Assembly (NCBI GenBank): GCA_030770535.1 | Contig: JASVEC010000012.1 | Location: 186,001 to 250,000 of the forward strand | Source: Batkoa obscura | Lineage: Eukaryota | Direction of reading: 5' to 3' | Length of the DNA stretch: 64,000 nucleotides | In this document: piece after piece, positions 53,499-64,000 of the stretch | How positions within the stretch are numbered: the first letter of the stretch is position 1 | Layout: each line of letters starts with the position of its first letter | The notes under the pieces: model-generated | Told to the model about the DNA's origin: nothing | Seen by the model: the letters and a program-made list of their open reading frames with translations, nothing else | Databases searched by the model: none | Translations under genes and position numbers: made by a program

Positions 53499-55239
53499 TG
53501 TTTTAATATTTTTTATTTGAAAAAAATAATTAATGCTGTTATATTGTTCAGTTAATCCATTTATATAGTATCAACTAATGCTATACTGGACCCTTTCCAA
53601 CCTAATGATCGATTCATGTTATAGATCATCGTTATACTTTGTTCCAATGGACCTGAGTTAGTCTGCTAATTGATGGAAATATTATTAGTGAATGATCCTT
53701 AGCTATTACTAAATCTAAATTTGGCAGATCAGATGTCAATATCATATGTCTTTAATTATTCATTGTACTTGTTATTTCAATAGTTAGTTCACTATTATCT
53801 ATAGATAATAAAACTAAGGTTTTTATGTTTAATTAATAAGAGGATTATTCGACTAACAGCCCCCCTTCTCCTTTCTTTACAAGTAGAACTTAATTTCTTA
53901 TATAAATTGTAGCTTAAAATAAACTAATTTATTTAAGCTCTCCCTTTATAAAACATCAAACAAAACAAAACTAGTTTGGAATTTTGAAAACTTGATTATA
54001 ATAAAATTATTATAAGCCCTTATTAATATCAACTATTTTCTACACTTCAACCTAATAATATTGTTATAAAATTAAAGTCAAACAAAATAATTTTTTTATA
54101 TTTTAAATTGAAAAATAAACATCCTCTAATTTTTGTTTCTTATTTTTACTTTCACTTTCACTTTCAAAACCACCTAAATTGTCTTCAAATAATAAATACT
54201 ATAGAAATACATTACTTCAGCTATCTATTAATGATTATTTGTTAGTAAACCTTAAGTATGTATTTTTAAAACATTGTCAATATAAATTTTATAAAAGAAT
54301 TTGAAAAATAAACAAAACTTAAATTAATTACGAATCTCTGCTCTTCAGTTTTGTGGACCATTTATAGAGTCTACATGAAAATTTTGTTTGATCTTGACTC
54401 TCTTAGCCCCCCAGGGTCTTCCCTCTTCGTAGAATGGAAGATTATGTGGAAGTAAGGTTTTGCCCATTTAATGGCGCGACTCTCTTAGAGTAAAAGGACG
54501 TGAATTCTTGGGCAATTGGCTTCATTCCCTCATATTGTTCTGCTAACTTTCTTATTTTAATAAAACACAGGAGGGTCTTCCGTTTCAAGAACTTAAAATA
54601 ACTAGTAAAAAAATTATTAAATTATCATAAATTGTTTAGTTTATTTTCGAAAAACATGACTGAGACAGCGTTTATTATATTATATTAATATCTATCAAGG
54701 AGACCTTTAGTTATAAAAAAAGATATGCACTTAGAGATCAAAGAACGTTGAATTCCAGCAACAACTATTATGGAAATACTAAAGACCCCCTTGAACTTAT
54801 AGTTTTTTTCTGATTTCAGCTGATTAGGTTTAAAATCAATACGATGCTATTCTTTAATCAGATAAATTTTCCACTATAAAAAGTATATATGTAGAGAAAA
54901 GGACTAGGTGGGAAACTAAAGACTAGTTTTCGGTATTTTCAATGGATGATCTAGATAATTAGAGTATCAGTTAATGGCAGTTAAGAATTATAAAAGAAAG
55001 GGAAGTCAAATATAAAAAATTAAATTATTTATTTAAGGCTATAAAATTAGAAGAATTAGAAATTTAACTTTATAAATTTTTGTTATTTTTATTGTTTGTT
55101 TAACTATTGAAAGTTTTCTTTATTTCATTATGTAAGACTAATTACACTGATATGATTTTTATGTTAAATAGTATTAACCATTTTAGAAACTATGAATTCT
55201 TAATTAAAATACTTTATTGTAAATAATCAACTTTGATAT

Positions 55240-55336
55240 GGGGGTGTTTTTTTAGTTTCATTAATTTTTCCATTTTTTAAGCGCTATTTGAGTGGAAAGA
55301 TTGTTAGTAAAATTCTTAAACAAAAAAATACATCAC
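55240..55336 (+). mobile_element. MITE family A copy
   Basis: ATAT-GGGGGTGTTTT...AAGCGCTATTTGAGTGGAAAG...ATACATCAC. Confidence 0.88.
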
Positions 55337-56356
55337 TATATAAAAGACGTGACGATAATTACAAAAAATGAGTATCATTTCAGCTAAATGATGATGGGTA
55401 CATTAAAAAATCTACTTGTAAAATCAATCATTTTCTTAAATCTCGAAAGAGCCAATCAACTCCAAATGTCTTATTTAGGGAAATAAAACAAAAACCAGAC
55501 ATTAAAAATAAAAAACAAAAGCAAGAGATTGAAAAGCAGAAAATATTAAGAAATAAGTCTAAGCTACTTCAAAACCTGCTTTATACAAGTTGATTCAGAT
55601 AAAAAACAAGATGAGGGAATAGAGGAGCTAGAGCTGTAATTAACTGGCAACTTTGCGTGGTAAAAGCAAAGGCACTAAAAACAAGCTATGATGATATAGA
55701 TACCTTTATTGAAAATAAAGTTATAAGTTTTAATTTGTTTAATGCAAGCTCGTGTTAAAAATTCATTTAAGACTTTAAAAAATACATTTTTTAGCCCACT
55801 CTGAATATTAAAGTGATACTGAGATAGTCTATCTATCCGATTTCCCAGCTTTTTCCATTATCTATAGCTATTTTACTATGGTTTTAGTAGTAGGATTTCC
55901 TGTCTATTTTGGTAAGATTTTGTACCTTAGACAAAGATGTCATTTATAAAGTTCTATCCAGTCTTTACAGCTCCCCAATAGCTGTTTTCTGGTCAGCCTC
56001 TATCATAAATAAGTATTATCTATTACAAATAAAGTAAAGCATATAACGATATATAGTAACAAAAGTTAACTGCTTCAAATTTTCCATTTCTTAACCTTGA
56101 TATCGCAAGGTTCTTTGGTAAATGAACCCCTCCCCTACTATTAATCATTAGTAATAACTGAAAGCCTATTAATATTAGATTCATCAATAGAATTGACCTA
56201 AAAGCTATAGTATATTGAAAATGATGCTAAATATCTGTAACTAGAGCTAATTAACTAATTTTTTTGAAATGGGTGGTTTTATTTTATGTTAAAGAGAGAT
56301 AAAGAGATTAATGATAAAATGTTTTAATATTTGAAAATTATAACGCTATAATTTGC

Positions 56357-58915
56357 TTAATATTCGTAAGTTCCGTAAGATGGATGTGGGTCAACAATCT
56401 CGGTAGCATAACCATAATCGTAACTAGCTGAGGTAGTTACATCAGTGGTTGAAGTAACGCTATAAGTGGTGGCTGGGGTAGATTCAGTTGATGAAGTAGT
56501 TTCATAAGTAGAAGTAGATTCAGTTGATGAAGTTACATCAGTGGTTGAGGTAATTTCATAAGTAGAAGTAGATTCAGTTGATGAAGTTACATCAGTAGTT
56601 GAAGTAGTTTCATAAGTAGAGGTAGATTCAGTTGAACTAGTTTCTGAGGTAGTTCCGTAATCGTAGGTGTTTGAAGTTTGAGTGGATGAAGTTACTTCAG
56701 TGGTAGAGGTAGCTGGAGTAGTAGTTTCATAAGTAGAAGTAGATTCAGTTGATGAAGTTACATCAGTGGTTGAAGTAGTTTCATAAGTAGAAGTAGATTC
56801 AGTTGATGAAGTTACATCAGTGGTTGAAGTAGTTTCATAAGTAGAAGTAGATTCAGTTGATGAAGTTACATCAGTAGTTGAGGTAGTTTCATAAGTAGAA
56901 GTAGATTCAGTTGATGAAGTTACATCAGTAGTTGAGGTAGTTTCATAAGTAGAAGTAGATTCAGTTGATGAAGTTACATCAGTGGTTGAGGTAGAACCAG
57001 TGGTGCATGGAGTGGAGGAGGTTACATCAGTAGTTGAGGTGGCTGGAGTAGTAGTTTCATAAGTAGAAGTAGATTCAGTTGATGAAGTTACATCAGTGGT
57101 TGAGGTAATTTCATAAGTAGAAGTAGATTCAGTTGATGAAGTTACATCAGTAGTTGAGGTAGTTTCATAAGTAGAAGTAGATTCAGTTGATGAAGTTACA
57201 TCAGTGGTTGAGGTAGAACCAGTGGTGCATGGAGTGGAGGAGGTTACATCAGTAGTAGAGGTAGCTGGGGTAGTGGTTTCATAAGTAGAAGTAGATTCAG
57301 TTGATGAAGTTACATCAGTAGTAGAGGTAGCTGGAGTAGTGGTTTCATAAGTATGAGTTGATTCAGTACCAGTGGTTGAGGTAGTTACATCAGTAGTAGA
57401 GGTAGTTTCATAAGTAGAAGTAGATTCAGTTGATGAAGTTACATCAGTGGTTGAGGTAGAACCAGTGGTGCATGGAGTGGAGGAGGTTACATCAGTGGTA
57501 GAGGTAGCTGGGGTAGTGGTTTCATAAGTAGAAGTAGATTCAGTTGATGAAGTTACATCAGTAGTAGAGGTAGCTGGAGTAGTGGTTTCATAAGTATGAG
57601 TTGATTCAGTACCAGTGGTTGAGGTAGTTTCATAAGTAGAAGTAGATTCAGTTGATGAAGTTACATCAGTGGTTGAGGTAGAACCAGTGGTGCATGGAGT
57701 GGAGGAGGTTGCATCAGTGGTAGAGGTAACTGGGGTAGTGGTTTCATAAGTATGAGTTGATTCAGTACCAGTGGTTGAGGTAGTTACATCAGTAGTAGAG
57801 GTAGCTGGAGTAGTGGTTTCATAAGTATGAGTTGATTCAGTACCAGTAGTTGAGGTAGTTACATCAGTAGTAGAGGTAGCTGGAGTAGTGGTTTCATAAG
57901 TATGAGTTGATTCAGTACCAGTAGTTGAGGTAGTTACATCAGTAGTAGAGGTAACTGGGGTAGTGGTTTCATAAGTATGAGTTGATTCAGTACCAGTGGT
58001 TGAGGTAGTTACATCAGTAGTAGAGGTAACTGGGGTAGTGGTTTCATAAGTATGAGTTGATTCAGTACCAGTAGTTGAGGTAGTTACATCAGTAGTAGAG
58101 GTAGCTGGAGTAGTGGTTTCATAAGTATGAGTTGATTCAGTACCAGTAGTTGAGGTAGTTACATCAGTAGTAGAGGTAACTGGGGTAGTGGTTTCATAAG
58201 TATGAGTTGATTCGGTACCAGTGGTTGAGGTAGCTGGAGTAGTTACTGGGGTAGAAGATGAACCAGTAGAGTAAGTTACATCAGTGGTTGAGGTAGCTGG
58301 GGTAGTTTCGTAAGTAGGAGTTGAGTGGCACTTCTTGATAGTACGAGTAATGACATGGCATTTTCCTGGGGTGGTTTGAGTAGTTTCAACTGGAACAGTA
58401 TAAGTAGCAGTTGAGGAAGTTTCAGCTGGAACAGTATAAGTAGCAGTTGAGGAAGTTTCAGCTGGAACAGTATAAGTAGCAGTTGAGGAAGTTTCAACTG
58501 GAACAGTATAAGTAGCAGTTGAGGAAGTTTCAACTGGAACAGTGTAAGTAGCAGTAGTGCTAGTTTCTTCTTCGCAGTCTTCATCAGTAGTAGTAGTTTG
58601 GCTAGTAGTTGATGAAGTTACACTTGATGAGGATCCAGTTTCATAAGTTGGGGTTGAAACAGTTGAAGTGGAAACTGAGGAAGATACGCTTGATGAAGTT
58701 GAGGTGGTGACTTCGTAACTTGGGGTTGAAACAGTTGAAGTGGTTGATTCGGTTGATGAAGTGCTAGTTTCATAAACTGGGGTTGAAACAGTTGATGAAG
58801 AAGTGACTTCGTAAGAAGGAACTTCAACGTTGTATGAAGGAACTTCATAAGTAGCACTAGCGGACAATTGTCCAGTGATTAAAGCAACGCAAACGGCAAT
58901 GAGAGAGGATTTCAT
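56357..58915 (-). CDS. Secreted Ser/Thr-rich tandem-repeat (mucin/adhesin-like) protein
   Basis: Signal peptide MKSSLIAVCVALITGQLSASA. 36-, 75- and 54-bp coding repeats. No hydrophobic C-terminal GPI signal (ends HPSYGTYEY). Confidence 0.88.
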   Translation of the reverse strand: MKSSLIAVCVALITGQLSASATYEVPSYNVEVPSYEVTSSSTVSTPVYETSTSSTESTTSTVSTPSYEVTTSTSSSVSSSVSTSTVSTPTYETGSSSSVTSSTTSQTTTTDEDCEEETSTTATYTVPVETSSTATYTVPVETSSTATYTVPAETSSTATYTVPAETSSTATYTVPVETTQTTPGKCHVITRTIKKCHSTPTYETTPATSTTDVTYSTGSSSTPVTTPATSTTGTESTHTYETTTPVTSTTDVTTSTTGTESTHTYETTTPATSTTDVTTSTTGTESTHTYETTTPVTSTTDVTTSTTGTESTHTYETTTPVTSTTDVTTSTTGTESTHTYETTTPATSTTDVTTSTTGTESTHTYETTTPATSTTDVTTSTTGTESTHTYETTTPVTSTTDATSSTPCTTGSTSTTDVTSSTESTSTYETTSTTGTESTHTYETTTPATSTTDVTSSTESTSTYETTTPATSTTDVTSSTPCTTGSTSTTDVTSSTESTSTYETTSTTDVTTSTTGTESTHTYETTTPATSTTDVTSSTESTSTYETTTPATSTTDVTSSTPCTTGSTSTTDVTSSTESTSTYETTSTTDVTSSTESTSTYEITSTTDVTSSTESTSTYETTTPATSTTDVTSSTPCTTGSTSTTDVTSSTESTSTYETTSTTDVTSSTESTSTYETTSTTDVTSSTESTSTYETTSTTDVTSSTESTSTYETTSTTDVTSSTESTSTYETTTPATSTTEVTSSTQTSNTYDYGTTSETSSTESTSTYETTSTTDVTSSTESTSTYEITSTTDVTSSTESTSTYETTSSTESTPATTYSVTSTTDVTTSASYDYGYATEIVDPHPSYGTYEY

Positions 58916-61900
58916 TTTAAATTATGTATATAGTAAATTATTTATATAAAATTGAACTTTTTATAAACCACCAAATTAAATATTTATATTTAAAGAGTAA
59001 AAAAATAAATTGAAATTGCTATTCTTTATATACTTTTAAATTGATGTAAATTAATTTCAAGTATTATCTGGTAATAACTTTTAGTAGTAACTTTGTTATA
59101 GTGGTTGATGTTCCAAATTAATCCAAAAATTTATTTTAATAGGTTAAGCGCACTTTGTAGTACAACCAAAACCGAGGTAATGGAATATTTCTTACATATT
59201 TAGGCTGCAATTCAATCCCTCTTTTAAGAACATTTTATTAAGAGTTTAATTTTAGAAATTACACATTAACACAGAAGAATTTCTTCCTAATGATCTCACT
59301 ATCGGCTGTAGCTTTGAGCTTATTGGTTCCCTTGTATATAATTAATTTCGGATTCAAACTCAAACTAATCATTTAAGTTTCTTCCCTTAATGCATCAAAT
59401 TCAATTGGAGTAAAAAATATGGAGAATTAGAACTTCCTTTTACCATTACAGATAAATGTTTTTATCCTTAATTAATTAATGTCTAATTTACAATTTATTA
59501 AAACGAGTTAATAAAACTATATGGAGCCATTAAAACTACTACTAGTTCCATATTAAAGCATCTACTAGACATAATAAACTAAAATATACAGTTAGCCATA
59601 TTTAAATGTGAAAAGGGCAAAATGAAAAATGATTTTGACTCTTGTATTTAATTAAAGTTTTATTTTTAATTATTTTTTATTGATTTACAAGAATTAATAA
59701 AAAATGATGAATAAAAAAGATAAAAATAAATGTGGCTTAGAAATTCAAAGTCGGACTTTCCAAAAATAGATCCCGTATTAATAGATCTTTTATTTTATTC
59801 TTCCTACAACCCCAGGTTTATTTGAACCACGATAGTATAACCTTTTATTAAACTTGATTTTACGCAAACTTTACCATAGACTAATAGTTATATACAAACT
59901 ATATGATAAAAAAATGATCTGCAACAGAAATCTCGATAACATCTCTACCGCTAGCCTATTTTAAGTGTACTGTGCGTAGTAAACTGGAGTTTAAAGAAAC
60001 TAGAGGTTGGAATATTTATTTACTATCAAGTCTACAAGTCTCATTTTTTAGTTATATAGTTTGATGTTGCTAAATAGTATATATTTAATTAATAGTGCAA
60101 ATGTATCAAAGTTTATTACACTTTATACGCTTTTGCCGTTCTATCACTTTATTTTTCTATTAACTCTATAGTGTATTTTGTATATTTTGTGCAATAGAGT
60201 TATAAGCATCTTATATTAATAATAATAATATAATAAATCCTACTATAACATATTTCCCATTAATACTTAGTTAAGGATCTAAACTTGTAATATTTGGTCA
60301 CTTAGTTGAAACTAAAAAGTCATTATTTTTGGTACCCAGAAATTAATGATTAAAAAGCTTTATTAAATCATGAGATTTATTCTTTTGCTATCAAGTTACT
60401 AAGTTCAAAATTTTAAATTTACAGAATTTATTTTACCATTTATTATACCATAGCCCACCACTGTTATTGAGTTTTATAATTTACTCATTATAAAAATAAA
60501 CTTATTATATAATAATTATATAATAGTTATCTCTTTTATTATTATTCTTTAAAGATAGTTTTATTCTATTTTAACTTTTGATTTTCACCAACACTAGTAG
60601 CTTCACCCAACCCAACCTCAACTTAAAGGAACCAAATGATAAAAAGTTTGAATATTATAAACTTAAAGAATATATTGCTAAGATTCTATTTCCATTTTCA
60701 ACTAAGAACTTCCTATTTGTTTATTACTATTACAATCCGAGCTCAGCGTTATTGAAAGTATATATAACCTAAATTTACTATTTTGTTGTCGTTTTTCGCT
60801 ATCCGTTTTTATGTTGTGTTAAATCATTTAGTTTTATTGGATTTATTATGAATGTCAGTTCTCAATCAATTTATTAGCCATATATGCGTGGTAGTAGTTT
60901 AACTTATTTAAAGAATAAAATTATGTAGAACTTTGCCTAAATTTTTCTATTAAATTTGTTCTATTTGACCATAGGTAAATAGGCTTTGTATAGGCTATTT
61001 CTCTTATGGTGTACTTAATTATAATCAACCATGAACTATTTTAACATTAGCAATTCAAATAATACACTGTCACTAAATGATTATTAGAATAAACAAATAT
61101 TTTTTTAAAAGATGGACCCTTACATCCAAGACTTAAGAAAGTAAAAAATTCGAAAGAATTAGAAGTATTTCCTAGGAGCTTTCCAGAGATTCACTATTAG
61201 CGTTAAGACATTTGGAAACACAGCATGATTCTCCCCCCCAAGAATAATAAATTTTACATGATTTTTTCATGACATTGAGTATAGTTAACTGTTGTTTTTT
61301 TGAAGACTTTTATAAATCATCAAGAATGACATAGATAACTCAAATTTACTCTTTCTTATAAAATATAGAGAATTTCTAGCATTTATAAATAGATCTTGAA
61401 TGTAACAGCTAGCTTCCTATTACTCTACATATAATTTAAAATAAAAAATATCAATTAATAAGGGATAATAGCAATAAATCGATTTCATATGAAGCTTGTA
61501 ACAGCAACAGTCAATTATAACAATATATACAATCTTTTAATAAAACTATTTATAGCTCATAAGTAATCTAAATAAGTTTTATTCGGATCAAGTTGTGAAT
61601 TTAGTAGAATTAAAATCATACTTACAACCATAAAAATTGTACAGTAACTTCCAAGGTTTTTTGTGAACCTTATTAATCTAACATTGAGGTAATTGTTTTC
61701 GAAATGATCATACTCTTTACTATTATATATTATAGTTTTTTTCAGCAATTAAGTTCTTGAAAGTTATGAAACACTTAAATTTATAAAAAATAAATGAAAT
61801 GATGACTTACCATTACTTTATAGCTGAATATCATGACCCTCTAATATTAAAAAACTATGTTTGCTTTATAAAAAGGTACGACAATAGTTAATAATTAATT

Positions 61901-62210
61901 TGTCTATTGGGTTAACACACTAGTCTTGGCATTTTTGCCTCAAGATCCAAAAATAAAAAACTATATTAAATATAGAATAATAAATTAATTGATATTAAGG
62001 ATTGCTATTAATGATTCATAGCTCTATTAATTATTAGCTAGTAAAAGCGTTCAGTGTTTTAGTATTTAATATAATAGAAAAATTCTGGTTTTCTAATAGA
62101 CATAGTTAATTAAGTAAATAAATTATGATAATTAAACATTAATAACAATACAAAAATTAGAACTAAAATATCAATTTTCATTATTTTAAGGATCATTAAT
62201 GTAATGAAAC

Positions 62211-63554
62211 ATGGAATCGATTTTGAGTAAAAAAGATGCTAATTTCTTCTTTAGCAAAATGGAAACTTTAACTCTAGAAGATTATATAAAGGCAGGTCTA
62301 TTCGAATTTAAAAATATTAGATTCACAACCACATTAACCTGCGCTGAGAAACAAAATATATGTGAAAAGCTGGATGGTATAGAGGTGAGCTTTGGATTCA
62401 CAAGGGAAAGGGTAACGTTGCTATATGAAGACAAAATGCTATTAGGTGGATTTACAAGCTATGAATATCAAGTTTTATTACAAGGGGATGAAGAAGGATT
62501 TATTACAATTATCGATAAGGTGGATACTACTGGTTATGGTAAGGCACCAAAGGTAATGAAAAAGATGCTTAAGAGTTATTTGGATTATAGAAAATATCGC
62601 TATAGAGAAAGTAGACATTTGGTCTATTTATTTGCCAAACCTCAACCCCAGTATCTTTTTAAAAATTCGAAAAGGAATACAAATAAAAAGATGTTGAATG
62701 ATAAACAGTTGATTAACTATTGGATAGATGTTTTGGACAGCCCACTATTTGAGATGAACTTAAACTATAAAAAATATATTTATGTACCAGGGAATGAACT
62801 AGGTCAAATCAAGTCATTGGTTAAAAACTCATTGGATGGATGGAATTATTCTACTATTTACAACGAAAATGACATAGTAAAACAAGTCATATTAAATTTA
62901 AACGATGATTGTTTAACTAGATTGAGTAAAAATGAATGTAATCAAAATTTATCAATTAAAGAGTTTTTACTCATTTTGCCTTTTACTGAAGAATGTAATA
63001 CTGGTCAGTTAGTAGCCACATTTTTTTTGTCAAATTTTAATATAAATTATAAGAAAGGTTTATTAGAGAGAAATGTTTTAGACAAGCTTTTAATGGAAGC
63101 TGAAAAAAAAGAAAACCAAAGTGGTGAAGAGGATAATGAATCAACGAAATCGGATAATGAGCTTGATGATAAAGAAGAGGAAGATAATAAAAACAAGGAT
63201 GAAGGTAAAAATGGATATAATAGAAATGATGAAGATGATGTGTCAGCTAATGAAAGCGAAGATTCCGAAAACCTGGAGCCCGAAGACTTGATAAATGAAA
63301 TAGAGTCAAGGCCTAAGGAAGAAAAAAGCTTTTATAAAATCTTTAATATAATAACTAACACCTCAGATTTCAGTACCTATGAAAAGGCTTTAAAAGCAAG
63401 TCAAGAAGTTGAAACTATTTTATTAGATAATGAAATCCCAATCCACGAACCTAAATCCGTCGAGGGCTTAAAATTTGGCGAACAGAAACAAGTGAAGCGT
63501 GGTGGCGAAGTAAATGTAATTAATACGTCTTTGATAAAAAGAAAGAAGAAATAG
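62211..63554 (+). CDS. RTT109: Histone H3K56 acetyltransferase Rtt109-like
   Basis: IDKVDTTG, LFAKPQPQYLFKNSKRN.NKKMLNDKQLINYW, YIYVPG, C-terminal LIKRKKK. Confidence 0.85.
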   Translation: MESILSKKDANFFFSKMETLTLEDYIKAGLFEFKNIRFTTTLTCAEKQNICEKLDGIEVSFGFTRERVTLLYEDKMLLGGFTSYEYQVLLQGDEEGFITIIDKVDTTGYGKAPKVMKKMLKSYLDYRKYRYRESRHLVYLFAKPQPQYLFKNSKRNTNKKMLNDKQLINYWIDVLDSPLFEMNLNYKKYIYVPGNELGQIKSLVKNSLDGWNYSTIYNENDIVKQVILNLNDDCLTRLSKNECNQNLSIKEFLLILPFTEECNTGQLVATFFLSNFNINYKKGLLERNVLDKLLMEAEKKENQSGEEDNESTKSDNELDDKEEEDNKNKDEGKNGYNRNDEDDVSANESEDSENLEPEDLINEIESRPKEEKSFYKIFNIITNTSDFSTYEKALKASQEVETILLDNEIPIHEPKSVEGLKFGEQKQVKRGGEVNVINTSLIKRKKK

Positions 63555-63618
63555 ATGATAAAATAAAATATTTGTATTATACATGTTTATGTTTATATTT
63601 ATTATTACTATTATAAAT

Positions 63619-64000
63619 TTATTCAATTGCTTTAGTCAATCTATCAATTAAAGATAAATGCATATTAACTACTCCAACAAATTGAGGAAGTTGATTATAT
63701 TCGCTGTAATAATCTAAAATAGCTTGTTTAAATTCTGGTTTAAACTGTATTTTATTGAAATGCAAACTCTTCATCAAACTTGAAATGGTGCTTGTGAGTA
63801 TAAAAAATTGATCTGCTAATAATGGAACTCCTTTATATTTTAGTTGTAAGTATATTAGCTGAAGATGGGAAGCCTGGTAATACTTTAATAGATTAAAATT
63901 CGACTTTAAATTGGGATACAAATCGATTGTTTTAATTATTAAAAATAAAAGGTTGGCATTACCCATGTTTGTTAAATAAGGGTAATAATCTTCTTTTGAC
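63619..64000 (-). CDS. 3' end of an unidentified gene running off the window
   Basis: The reading frame stays open from the window edge to TAA at 63619-63621. Convergent with RTT109. No family recognised. Confidence 0.5.
   Translation of the reverse strand, partial: SKEDYYPYLTNMGNANLLFLIIKTIDLYPNLKSNFNLLKYYQASHLQLIYLQLKYKGVPLLADQFFILTSTISSLMKSLHFNKIQFKPEFKQAILDYYSEYNQLPQFVGVVNMHLSLIDRLTKAIE

Noticed and set aside
54330..55700. Transposase-like remnants (GRPWGAKR on minus; LNDDGYIKKSTCK on plus)
   Set aside because: Fragments are too short and interrupted to assign without a search.

Overview
AT-rich, intron-containing eukaryotic DNA. The gene content (RTT109, GPI13, OCH1-like GT32, SAM-domain kinesin-13, intronless secreted trypsins) fits an early-diverging fungus. 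An entomophthoralean such as Conidiobolus is plausible, but that is inference. About 25 protein genes or pseudogenes are supported. Several are intron-split and missed or fragmented by the ORF track: GCP5-like, DAP3/mS29, PCNA, PDX1, an NDK with a signal-peptide-like first exon, GGPP synthase, kinesin-13, V-ATPase subunit f and a phosducin-like gene. The most striking structure is that every duplicated gene pair is inverted. Three pairs (alpha/beta-hydrolase, enoyl-CoA isomerase, and an apparently identical 1541-bp divergent HSP20 cassette) bracket three consecutive, non-overlapping 10-20 kb segments. Flipping the HSP20-bounded segment restores two trypsin paralogs to tandem orientation. A ~98-bp MITE family occurs 15 times, with filled and empty sites visible between two paralogs. 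Other leads are adjacent HMG-CoA reductase and GGPP synthase genes, a prion-like Q/N domain fused to a MIR domain, and a CLASP/TOG protein with two tau-like repeats. No tRNA, rRNA, CRISPR array or intact transposase was recognised. All calls come from reading the sequence; no database searches were run and identity estimates are by eye.
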